Positions 32,323-40,883 of a stretch of DNA of 64,000 bases are shown here, piece by piece. This DNA is from Thermoanaerobaculia bacterium (GTDB lineage: Bacteria; Acidobacteriota; Thermoanaerobaculia; UBA5066). The notes under the pieces are model-generated. The model did not search any database and had not been told where the DNA came from. It saw only the letters and a list, made by a program, of their open reading frames with translations. The stretch lies in the NCBI GenBank assembly GCA_038245905.1, contig JBBRRY010000012.1:23322-87321 (forward strand). Direction: 5' to 3'. Positions within the stretch are counted from its first letter, which is position 1. Every line of letters begins with the position of its first letter. Made by a program: the position numbers and the translations under genes.

Positions 32323-32652
32323 TTACTTCGACGCGGGATCGCCGGGGTTCGTCCCCTTCTTGAGCTCGTCGAGGTTCGAAACGCCGTCGCCATCGCTGTC
32401 CATCTTCTCGAGAGCGACGAAGTCGTACTTGCCGTCCTTACCCTTCACCTTGTGCATGTCAGCGCCGAACTTGTTCACGTCGGCCTCACCCTTCTTGGGC
32501 ATCGCCTTCACGTGGCAGGTCCCGCACTTGATCTTGGAATCAGGGTACTTCTTCAGGACTTCCTTCTGAATGTCCATCGTGGCGAGGGCGGTCCCCGCGA
32601 GGAGCGCGGCGGCCGAAGCGAGAGAGATCACGGCGAGACGAGTGTTCTTCAT
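32323..32652 (-). CDS. Small secreted monoheme cytochrome c with a Ca-binding-like DSDGDG motif
   Basis: Signal peptide ending in ALA; CGTCH; MDSDGDGVSNLDELKKGTNP. Confidence 0.8.
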   Translation of the reverse strand: MKNTRLAVISLASAAALLAGTALATMDIQKEVLKKYPDSKIKCGTCHVKAMPKKGEADVNKFGADMHKVKGKDGKYDFVALEKMDSDGDGVSNLDELKKGTNPGDPASK

Positions 32653-32666
32653 GTCGTGTTTTTCCT

Positions 32667-34601
32667 TCAGGGGCGCCACTTGAGGTAGGCGCCGATTCTT
32701 GTGGCTCGGAAGCTGGCCGTCGAGATCTGAGTGTCGAGGTACCGGTCGACGGACCATTCGCCGACGAGTCCGAAGTGCTGGGTGGCGTCGAAGTCGACAC
32801 GCACGCCGCCGCGATAGAGACGGTATTCGTAAGTGCCCTCGTTCGCGAAGCGGGTCCAGAAGCCGTCGATGGCGAGCTTGTCGAACTTCAGGCCCAGGCC
32901 GGCTTCATAGAGCTCGCCGTCTTCCTTGTTGACGGAGTCGAACACGGAGAAGTCCTGCGGAGCGCGGACGGGAATCGTGCTGTCAGCCTGCATCTTGCCG
33001 TAGGCCCCGTGGAGCCGCAGCATCTTGACCGGCGTGATCGTGACGTCGCCCGTGTACTGGCGCGACGTGCCCTTGGAGCTGATGAGAATCGTGTCGTTCT
33101 TCTGGTCGATCCAGAGACCGGTCGCGCCGAGCGTGAGCCAGGAGAATCCCTTCCATGTCGCGCGCACGCGCTCGCGGTTGCGGCTCGTGAAGTCGGTCCT
33201 GAGAACGGCGACGTTCGCGTCGTCCCACGACGCCTCGCCGGCGATGAAAAAGCCGCCAGCCGCGAACGTGAGGGCTCCCTCGTAACGGTTGATCTTTCGG
33301 TTGAAGGTCCCACCCTGTCCGCCCGGGACGACGATCTCGGATGGATCCGGTGAAATCGTGAGGTCCTGCTGAGTCTGCGAGTAGCCGGCGCGGATGCCGA
33401 ACGGCCCGAAGGCCTTCGCGGCCACCTGAACGTCGTAGACGTCTTCGGTGCGCTCGATGGAATTCTTCGCGTTCAGAATCGTCGTGAGGTCGGCCAGCGT
33501 GAACCCCGTAAAGGTCGAAGTGCCGCTGAAAAGGCTGCTCACGAGGTCCCGGCCGTCCCACGTTGCGTGACGACGGACGAAGCCACCCGTCACGTCGACG
33601 CCCTGGAGCACGTGCCATTCGACGCGCGCGCCGGCGCGCCAGACCGTGTTGTCGACGCGGGACGACCCGTTCTCGGTAAGGCCGGTGAAGAAGCGCGCGA
33701 CGGGGAATGACACGAGGGAGCCGGTAGCGCTCGTGGTGTCCGTGTCGTCGCCGCCGGCGCTGGACTTGACGTAGAGGCCGATCAGCTGAACAGAATCGGT
33801 CAGGAAGCCGCGCACGAAGAACGACGTCGTCGGCGTGTTGATGTCGGTGACGCTCGAGCGCGAGTAGGAAGAAAGGTTCACGTCCTTGTCGAGCACGGTA
33901 CCGGTGTTGTTGCCGGCGCCCGCTCCACTGAGAAGGCTGAGCTTCTCGGTTTCGCGGTAACGGCGCCAGCCCTGGAGAAACTCGCCCGACACTGGTCCGG
34001 CGCGGAAGCCGGCGCCGACGCGGAACTCCTGGTCGTGGACCTTGAGGTCCTGGCCGAGGCGGAACTCGTCCTGGCCGAGAAAGGCCGTCGAGGTACCCGG
34101 ACCGACCAGATTGTTGGACGTATACCCGAGAAGAGGCGTCACGACGGCCCCGGGCAGAAGCTCGAGGTTGACGTCCACCACGTCGCGCTGGCGATCCCAG
34201 GTCTGCTGACCGACCACCGCTCCGAGCGGATTGGCGAAGCCGGAGAGCGCGCTGAACTGATCGAAGTGGCGGTAGGAGGCCCGGAGGCGATAGGCGCCCG
34301 CGAGGCCCGCGTCGAGCCTCAGCGAGCCGGCAGGGCCGGCCCCGAGCTCTGCGCCGTCGATCCGGAGGTGATCAAGGATCGGGAAACCGGAGGTCTTCCC
34401 GTCCTCACCGATGTGGATGCTGCGGACGAGAAACCCCTCGCGCTCGTTGATCTGGGAGCGATAGGACTCCTCGCTGCCGCTGAGAGTGAGAAAGCGGTAG
34501 CCCACCTCGATGTCGAACGGAATCGCCTGGGCACGGGCGAGGCCGGCCGAGCCGAGAGCGGCGAGAGTTGCGACGAGGAAGGCGGAGCGGAATGTTCGCA
34601 T
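32667..34601 (-). CDS. mtrB: MtrB/PioB-like outer-membrane beta-barrel porin
   Basis: Signal peptide, alternating beta-strand pattern and C-terminal GAYLKWRP; lies directly after a decaheme MtrA homolog. Confidence 0.75.
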   Translation of the reverse strand: MRTFRSAFLVATLAALGSAGLARAQAIPFDIEVGYRFLTLSGSEESYRSQINEREGFLVRSIHIGEDGKTSGFPILDHLRIDGAELGAGPAGSLRLDAGLAGAYRLRASYRHFDQFSALSGFANPLGAVVGQQTWDRQRDVVDVNLELLPGAVVTPLLGYTSNNLVGPGTSTAFLGQDEFRLGQDLKVHDQEFRVGAGFRAGPVSGEFLQGWRRYRETEKLSLLSGAGAGNNTGTVLDKDVNLSSYSRSSVTDINTPTTSFFVRGFLTDSVQLIGLYVKSSAGGDDTDTTSATGSLVSFPVARFFTGLTENGSSRVDNTVWRAGARVEWHVLQGVDVTGGFVRRHATWDGRDLVSSLFSGTSTFTGFTLADLTTILNAKNSIERTEDVYDVQVAAKAFGPFGIRAGYSQTQQDLTISPDPSEIVVPGGQGGTFNRKINRYEGALTFAAGGFFIAGEASWDDANVAVLRTDFTSRNRERVRATWKGFSWLTLGATGLWIDQKNDTILISSKGTSRQYTGDVTITPVKMLRLHGAYGKMQADSTIPVRAPQDFSVFDSVNKEDGELYEAGLGLKFDKLAIDGFWTRFANEGTYEYRLYRGGVRVDFDATQHFGLVGEWSVDRYLDTQISTASFRATRIGAYLKWRP

Positions 34602-34611
34602 CGGCCTGTCC

Positions 34612-35532
34612 TTACTTCAGCAGCTGCGGCGAGCGTTGGGAACCGTGCACGGCCACATGGCAGGTCGTGCAGTTCTTGTAGCGCGGCAGCGAGATGTTGT
34701 GGAAAGAAGGCGGCTGCGAGCCCAGAGTCCCCGCCGCGAGCGTCGAGTGACACTCGAGGCACTGCGAGGCGATCGTGGCCCGCTGCAGCTGGTGGGGATA
34801 CGAGGAGCCATGCGGAATGTGGCAGCTCGTGCAGTCGCCGGCGACGCCGTTCACGTGGGGATAGACGAAAGGACCGCGCACTTCCGAGTGACAGGAAACG
34901 CAGCCGGGCTCACCCGCCCGGGTCTCCTTCACCGCGTGCTTGGCCGAGCGGCCGTGCGGGTCGTGGCAGGACACGCACGAGAGCGCACCCTCTTTCAGCC
35001 TGTGCGCGTACGGAAGCGTCCGGAACGAGGACGCCGCGTCCTGATGGCAGGTGGCGCACAGCTGGGTCGGCTCGGACACGAGCAGGCTCGCCTGCTTCGG
35101 GTTCGACTTGTGGATCGAGTGACACGAGAGGCAGTTGACCGCCTCGGACGACGCATGAACTCCCGTCTTGAAGGACGAGCGTTCCGCGGACTGCTTGTGG
35201 CAGGTCGCGCACGTCTCGGCGCCGGTGCGGCCATGGAGCGTCCGGATGAGGGTCTTGTCCCCTCCGGCTTCCATGTGCTTCGTCCCGTCGCCGTGACACG
35301 TGGCGCAGACCTCGCTGCCCTGAGCGCCCTTGTGGGCGGCGCCATAGGCACGCATGTGGGGATTACCTGCGAAGATTTTGGCCTCGTCGTGGCAGTCGGC
35401 GCACGCGGGGCCGGCCTCCACCTTCGCGGGAGCCGGACTGGCCGGTGGGGACGGAGCCTGGGCCGAGGCCACCCCCGCCGTGAGAACGGCGAGGGCGACG
35501 GCGGCGAAGGCTCCGGGCGAGAGGTGTTTCAC
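34612..35532 (-). CDS. mtrA: MtrA/DmsE-family periplasmic decaheme cytochrome
   Basis: Ten CxxCH motifs; CVSCHDPHG, RGPFVYPH and CTTCHVAVHGS. Confidence 0.9.
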   Translation of the reverse strand: MKHLSPGAFAAVALAVLTAGVASAQAPSPPASPAPAKVEAGPACADCHDEAKIFAGNPHMRAYGAAHKGAQGSEVCATCHGDGTKHMEAGGDKTLIRTLHGRTGAETCATCHKQSAERSSFKTGVHASSEAVNCLSCHSIHKSNPKQASLLVSEPTQLCATCHQDAASSFRTLPYAHRLKEGALSCVSCHDPHGRSAKHAVKETRAGEPGCVSCHSEVRGPFVYPHVNGVAGDCTSCHIPHGSSYPHQLQRATIASQCLECHSTLAAGTLGSQPPSFHNISLPRYKNCTTCHVAVHGSQRSPQLLK

Positions 35533-35545
35533 GGCCTTTACTCGT

Positions 35546-37705
35546 TTACCGCGCGTGGACTTTTGCGACGTCGAGATCGGTTCCGGTGCCGTGGCAGGTG
35601 CCGCAGGCCTCGGCCGGGACGGTGGGGTTCTTCGGGAAGAACGACGTGTTGATGAAGGCGTGCGAGACGACGTCGCGGCTGTCATGGCAGCCCGTGCAGG
35701 CGGCCGTGGCCGAGCCCATCGGCGAGAAGAAATCGCGATCGGTCACGACCGGCTGGTTCGTGATCGGGAGCGGAAGCGAGACCGCGGCCGCGTTCACATG
35801 GCAGGCAAGGCAGTTCCGGCGGTCGCCGGGGTACCTGACCTCGTTGAAGTTCGCGGCGCTGCCGCCGAAGCCGTAGATCGTGTAGTCCTGCTGGAGCTCC
35901 TCGCCCGTGTGGATCCGGTGGATCATGCGGGCGAACTCGATCGACTCGCCGGGGTTCTGCGAGCCGTCCACCGGACGGCGGCCGATGTCGCTGCCCTGCG
36001 GGTTGTGGCAGATGACGCAGTGCTCGATCGTGATGCGCTGGTTGCCGTGCGAGAAGAGGATGTCGAGGCGGTCGTGGCAGGCGTTGCACTTCGTGAGCGA
36101 GACGACCGTCCGGCGCGGGACGACCGTGGTGCCCGTGACCGCGACATTGAACGGAATGTTCGGGGCGCCCTCGTTTACCGTCGCCGGGCCCTTCACGGGA
36201 GCCGGGTTCAGCGTGTACGCGCGCCGCGTCTCGATCGAGAACGTGTACGTGCCCTTGGCGGCTGCCGGGATCGCGTTCGTGAAGGTGTAGACCGCGGTGC
36301 CGTCGGCGGCGTTGTACGTCGCGTTCTGCATGGCCTCGCGGAACGGCTGGCCGACCCCGGCCTCGCCCGCGTTCAGGTAGTCGGTCGTGGGCCCGCCGGC
36401 GATGATGTTCAGCGTGCCATTCGCGGCGACCTTGAAGTAGCCCGGGTCGACCGGGGTGTTGTCGCCGTTCGCGAGCTTGAACGTGACGATCGGCTTCTTT
36501 CCGGCGGCAAAGTTCGTGACGGAGATGATCGACGCCTTGAAGCCCTTGAGCTGGGCCGACTTCAGGGGAACGACGTGGGCGTTCTTGATGCCGGCGTCCC
36601 ACTCGACGCTGCCCTGGGGCTGGTGGCAGGTGGCGCACGTGGCGTCCGTGGCCGGACCGGCCACGTGGTTGGCGCCCGTCGTGAAGTTCACGTCGTCGTG
36701 GCAGGAACCGCATGCCGCGCTCGACGGGTTCGTGTACCACACGGCGGCCTGCGCGGGCTTGGAGGCCGCTACCGTGCCCTCGTGGCAGTTCGCGCAGTTG
36801 CGGATGTCCTGCGGGTACGCCAACGTGGAGTAGTCGTTGACCGACTGGCCGAACCCGATGATCTGGTAGGGCGTTCCAGCGACCACGCTCGGAAGGTGCT
36901 CACCGGCGTGGATCTTGTGGACCATGACCTTCATGTCGACGGTGTTGCCGGTGTCGGGGTCGACCGTCTGGGGCTGGTGGCAGAGGACGCAGAGCTTCAC
37001 GTCCTGCCGCGAGCCGCCGTGGGCCGAGAGCGGGTCGTGACAGTTGTTGCAGCTCGTGGTCTGGTTGATCTTGAGCCACTTGTCGGCGACCGCGGCTCCG
37101 TCGGGCCGGAAGTCGTACTCGAGGTTCGCGACGTAGGTCTTGCCACCGAGGATGTCGGCCGGCATGACGCGCGTGCCGTAGATGCCGATCGTCGTCGTCT
37201 TCGTCTGATCGAAGGAAGCCGGCAGCGCCGTCCCGAACGCGTACTTGAAGTGCCCCGTCTCGAGGTCCGTGTATTTCCCGCCCGAGTCCGTGCCGGCCTG
37301 GATGGCCGTCACACCCGTGATCGGGCTCGTCTGCGAGCGGGTCGTGTAGGACGTGTAGTACCGCGTCGCCGGGTCCCACCACGCCACGATGAAGCTCGTC
37401 CCCGCCGGACCCGGCGTCAGAACGCCGAGGCGGTCGATAGGCTGGCCGGCGGTGTCCGTGATCGTCACATCCACGACGGGCTTGCGGTCGGCCCCGATCG
37501 TGACGCTGTTCACCTTGATGACGTAGCCCGGGCGGACAAAGGTGATCTGGTCCGCCGCGAGGTAGAACTCCTTGTAGCTCGACTCGTAGGCCACCGGAAC
37601 ATTGGCGGCTGCCGGAGCGTTGGGGCTGGTGTGCGTCACGGGCGTCATGGGCACCGCGACGAGACCAGCGAGGAGAGTAAGAGCCGTACGTGAGACCAGT
37701 GACAT
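35546..37705 (-). CDS. mtrC: OmcA/MtrC-family decaheme cytochrome
   Basis: Ten CxxCH motifs in two groups of five separated by beta domains; CNNCHDPLSAHGGSR, MVHKIH and MIHRIH. Confidence 0.88.
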   Translation of the reverse strand: MSLVSRTALTLLAGLVAVPMTPVTHTSPNAPAAANVPVAYESSYKEFYLAADQITFVRPGYVIKVNSVTIGADRKPVVDVTITDTAGQPIDRLGVLTPGPAGTSFIVAWWDPATRYYTSYTTRSQTSPITGVTAIQAGTDSGGKYTDLETGHFKYAFGTALPASFDQTKTTTIGIYGTRVMPADILGGKTYVANLEYDFRPDGAAVADKWLKINQTTSCNNCHDPLSAHGGSRQDVKLCVLCHQPQTVDPDTGNTVDMKVMVHKIHAGEHLPSVVAGTPYQIIGFGQSVNDYSTLAYPQDIRNCANCHEGTVAASKPAQAAVWYTNPSSAACGSCHDDVNFTTGANHVAGPATDATCATCHQPQGSVEWDAGIKNAHVVPLKSAQLKGFKASIISVTNFAAGKKPIVTFKLANGDNTPVDPGYFKVAANGTLNIIAGGPTTDYLNAGEAGVGQPFREAMQNATYNAADGTAVYTFTNAIPAAAKGTYTFSIETRRAYTLNPAPVKGPATVNEGAPNIPFNVAVTGTTVVPRRTVVSLTKCNACHDRLDILFSHGNQRITIEHCVICHNPQGSDIGRRPVDGSQNPGESIEFARMIHRIHTGEELQQDYTIYGFGGSAANFNEVRYPGDRRNCLACHVNAAAVSLPLPITNQPVVTDRDFFSPMGSATAACTGCHDSRDVVSHAFINTSFFPKNPTVPAEACGTCHGTGTDLDVAKVHAR

Positions 37706-37814
37706 CGTCAGCCTCCTTGCCGGAAATGGATCTGTGAAACGTTAACGAACAGACGTTCGAAGAAATTGGCCGTTTTCATCCGTGGTCAGAGTAGGAGTAA
37801 GGCAATACCGAAGC

Positions 37815-37834
37815 TTTGATTCAGTTGCATCAAA
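37815..37834. promoter_or_regulatory. Imperfect palindrome upstream of the mtr cluster (candidate operator)
   Basis: TTTGATTCA-GT-TGCATCAAA in the AT-rich divergent intergenic region. Confidence 0.4.
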
Positions 37835-37941
37835 TTACTGGGACGTACAAGCTTAGGGGGCGCCAGGCACCCACTGCTCGAAAAGAGATAAGATTTCCGA
37901 GACAGAACCCGCCCATCTCGGAACTCTCGTCGGAGTACCTT

Positions 37942-39606
37942 ATGCGACGTTTCCGCAGCGCATTGCTCGCAATCGGCCTTCTCGCGACACTCGCCTGGCC
38001 GGCCCGGGCCGATGACCACTTTCTGAGGAGCGGGACCCTCTGGGTCGGAGTGGCCGACGACTTTACGAATCAAAGGGCGGATTTCCGCTACGAGCTCCGG
38101 ACGGATGACGGCGAAACCCTCCGCCTTCGCTTCGCAGAGCCCCCGGAGGCTCTCCGGACGGGAGACCGAATCGCCGTTCACGGGCGCACCCGCCCCGGAG
38201 TCTTCGACGTCGACGAGGTCGAGCCCCTCGCGTCCTCCCGCGAACCTCTCTCACGCACCGCCCTCACCGCCTGGACGCTCGGGGCGAAGCGCGTGCTCGT
38301 CATCCTGGTGAACTTCACGAACGACACCTCCCTGACCGCGGCGACCGTCACGAGCGCCCAGAGCCTCTTCTTCGGCGCCGGTTCGAGCGTGGCGCACCTC
38401 TACAACGAGGCGTCCTACGGGCTCGTCTCGATGACCGGCGACGTCGCTCTCGTGACGGCGACCGTCGCGAAGCCGACGACGTGCGACACGAGCACGATTG
38501 CTTCGCAGGGGAATACGCAGGCCGCGGCGGCGGGCTACAACCTCGCGAGCTACAACTTCGTCCTGTGGGTGTTCCCGGGAATCGGCGCGTGCGGCTGGAA
38601 CGGGCTCGGGTGGGTGGGCGGGTCGGGTGCGTGGATCAACGGCACGGGGTCTATGAGCCTTCTCGTCGCGGGCCACGAGCTGGGCCACAACTTCGGTGTC
38701 CTGCACGCGCACTCGTATGCCTGCGGGACCCTGACGATCGCGCCGTCGGGCTGCACGCGCAGCGAGTACGGAGACCGCTTCGACGTCATGGGCAACTCGC
38801 GCGCCGGACACTTCAACGCGCAATTCAAGGACAGCTTCGGCTGGCTGCCCGCGGGCTCCGTCCGGATACATGGCGGCGGATCGGCGACGTATACGATCGG
38901 AGCGCTCGAGGCGCCGGGCCAGGGGGCGTACGCCGTGCGGATCCCGACGACGATGTCCGCCCGGACGTACTGGATCGAGTGGAGAAACCGAGCTGGTTTC
39001 GATGCGGGGGAGCCGGCGGGCGTCGTGAACGGAGGGCTCATCCGCTTCGCGCCGAGCGTCGTCGGAGGGGCCGACCTCCTCGACATGAAGCCGGCGACGG
39101 GAGGCAACTTCGATGACGCCGAGCTCGACGTCGGCGCGACGTTCACGGACCCCGAGCTCTCCCTCACGATCACGGCGCTGTCGAAGACGGCGACGTCGCT
39201 CACGGTGCAGGTGGACTACGGCGCGCCGCAGCCCGGGTCTTCGTTCCACGCATTGACGCCCTGCCGGGTCTTCGACACCCGGAATCCAGGCGGGACCTAC
39301 GGCGGGCCGGCTCTCTTCGCGGGCCAGGCCCGCTCTTGGGCCATCGCCGGACAGTGCGGTGTGCCCGCGACGGCAAAATCCATCGCCGGGAATCTCACGG
39401 TCACCGGACCGACAGCCGCCGGCTCGATCCGCCTCGTGCCCGGCGGAGCCCCGGCCACCGGCACGTCCACCGTGGCCTTCCGGGCGGGCCAGACCCGCGC
39501 GAACAACGTCACGATGGCCCTCGGCTCGAGCGGCAATATCGTGGTCGACAGCCTCCCGTCCGGGACCGCACACGTCATCTTGGACGTCGTAGGCTGGTTC
39601 GAGTGA
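37942..39606 (+). CDS. Secreted zinc metalloprotease (M11/gametolysin- or M6-like) with a C-terminal surface-associated domain
   Basis: Signal peptide; HELGHNFGVLH and EYGDRFDVMG; C-terminal FHALTPCRVFDTR...HVILDVVGWF. Confidence 0.82.
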   Translation: MRRFRSALLAIGLLATLAWPARADDHFLRSGTLWVGVADDFTNQRADFRYELRTDDGETLRLRFAEPPEALRTGDRIAVHGRTRPGVFDVDEVEPLASSREPLSRTALTAWTLGAKRVLVILVNFTNDTSLTAATVTSAQSLFFGAGSSVAHLYNEASYGLVSMTGDVALVTATVAKPTTCDTSTIASQGNTQAAAAGYNLASYNFVLWVFPGIGACGWNGLGWVGGSGAWINGTGSMSLLVAGHELGHNFGVLHAHSYACGTLTIAPSGCTRSEYGDRFDVMGNSRAGHFNAQFKDSFGWLPAGSVRIHGGGSATYTIGALEAPGQGAYAVRIPTTMSARTYWIEWRNRAGFDAGEPAGVVNGGLIRFAPSVVGGADLLDMKPATGGNFDDAELDVGATFTDPELSLTITALSKTATSLTVQVDYGAPQPGSSFHALTPCRVFDTRNPGGTYGGPALFAGQARSWAIAGQCGVPATAKSIAGNLTVTGPTAAGSIRLVPGGAPATGTSTVAFRAGQTRANNVTMALGSSGNIVVDSLPSGTAHVILDVVGWFE

Positions 39607-39612
39607 TCCGCG

Positions 39613-40881
39613 TCAGGTGACGGCGGGCCCCGCTCCCGCGTACCGCCGCCAGCGCTCTTCGTCGAGAACGCGCCGGAACCGCTCGACTCCTTCGACGACG
39701 TCCAGAAACCGCGTCGTGAGCGGCGAGAGCCCGAAGCGGATCACGTCGGGTGGCCGGAAGTCCGGAATGACGTTCATTTCTCCGATGAGCGCGCGGTCGA
39801 CGGCGAGGCCTTCGGGGTGCGCGAAGGAGACGTGCGCCCCGCGCCGGCCGGCTTCGCGCGGCGACCGAAGCGTCACGCCGCGCGCCTCGAGAAGCTGCTC
39901 CCACAGGCGCACGAGAAACTCCCCGAGGGCCACGGCCTTTCCCCGCGCCGGCTCGACGCCCGCCTCGAGAGCGAGATCGACGCCCGCCTCCGCCGCGACG
40001 AGCGAGAGGATCGGCGGAGTGCCCACGAGGAACCGCGAGAGGTCCCGCGCCGGCTCGTACCCGCCCGCGAACGCAAACGGCTCGTGGTGCGAGAACCAGC
40101 CGGGGATCGGGTTGTGAAGCGTCTCCTGGAGCGCACGACGCACGTAGAGAAAAGCGGGCGCCCCCGGCCCTCCGTTCAGGTACTTGTACGTGCAGCCGAC
40201 CGCGAGATCTGCGCCGGACGCCTCGAGGTCGATCGGGACCGCGCCCACGGAATGGCTGACGTCCCACAGGACGAGCGCGCCTTTCGCGTGGGCGCGCGCC
40301 GTGACGGCCCGCATGTCGTGGAGAAAGCCGCTGCGGTAGGCCACGTGGGACAGCGACACGAGGGCCGTGTCCTCCGTGATCGCCGCGTCGAGATCCTCGT
40401 CGTCGATCGTGATTCCGTCCCGCGAGGGGACGACGACGACGCGGTGTTCCTCTCCAAGGAGAGCCGCCGCCCCTTCGAGGACGTAGAGATCCGACGGAAA
40501 GTTCAGTGCATCCGTCACGATCGTGTGGCGGCCGACCCGCGCCCGGAGCGCCGCGACGGCGAGCTTGAAGAGATTCACGCTGGTCGCATCCGAGACCGTC
40601 ACTTCGCCGGGCCCCGCGCCGAGGAGGCGCGCGAGCTTGTCGCCGACGCGGCGCGGCGCGTCCACCCACCCGTCGTTCCAGCCCCGAATGAGGCGCTCGC
40701 CCCATTCCGTCTGGACGGCGCGCCCGACGAGAACGGCCGTCCGCTTCGGGAGGCGCCCGAGCGAATTGCCGTCGAAATAAAGCAGATCCTCGTCTTCGAA
40801 GACGAACTCTTCGCGGAAACGCGAGAGCGGATCCGCGCGGTCGAGCGACCGGGCCTCCTCGCGAAGAGTGTCCAGTGACAC
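39613..40881 (-). CDS. kynU: Kynureninase
   Basis: YFDGNSLG, NFPSDLY, WDVSHSVG and GCTYKYLNGGPG. Confidence 0.93.
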   Translation of the reverse strand: MSLDTLREEARSLDRADPLSRFREEFVFEDEDLLYFDGNSLGRLPKRTAVLVGRAVQTEWGERLIRGWNDGWVDAPRRVGDKLARLLGAGPGEVTVSDATSVNLFKLAVAALRARVGRHTIVTDALNFPSDLYVLEGAAALLGEEHRVVVVPSRDGITIDDEDLDAAITEDTALVSLSHVAYRSGFLHDMRAVTARAHAKGALVLWDVSHSVGAVPIDLEASGADLAVGCTYKYLNGGPGAPAFLYVRRALQETLHNPIPGWFSHHEPFAFAGGYEPARDLSRFLVGTPPILSLVAAEAGVDLALEAGVEPARGKAVALGEFLVRLWEQLLEARGVTLRSPREAGRRGAHVSFAHPEGLAVDRALIGEMNVIPDFRPPDVIRFGLSPLTTRFLDVVEGVERFRRVLDEERWRRYAGAGPAVT

Positions 40882-40883
40882 CG

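Noticed and set aside
35354-37693. 779-aa plus-strand ORF antisense to mtrC, and similar long shadows (6238-8505, 55178-56974, 17488-18984)
   Set aside because: Arg/Ala/Gly-rich antisense frames are expected in high-GC DNA; they have no motifs, and the opposite strand carries a clear gene.
37731-37750. Possible Rex or CRP box (CTGTGAAACGTTAACGAA) just upstream of mtrC
   Set aside because: Only the left half matches and the spacing is off.
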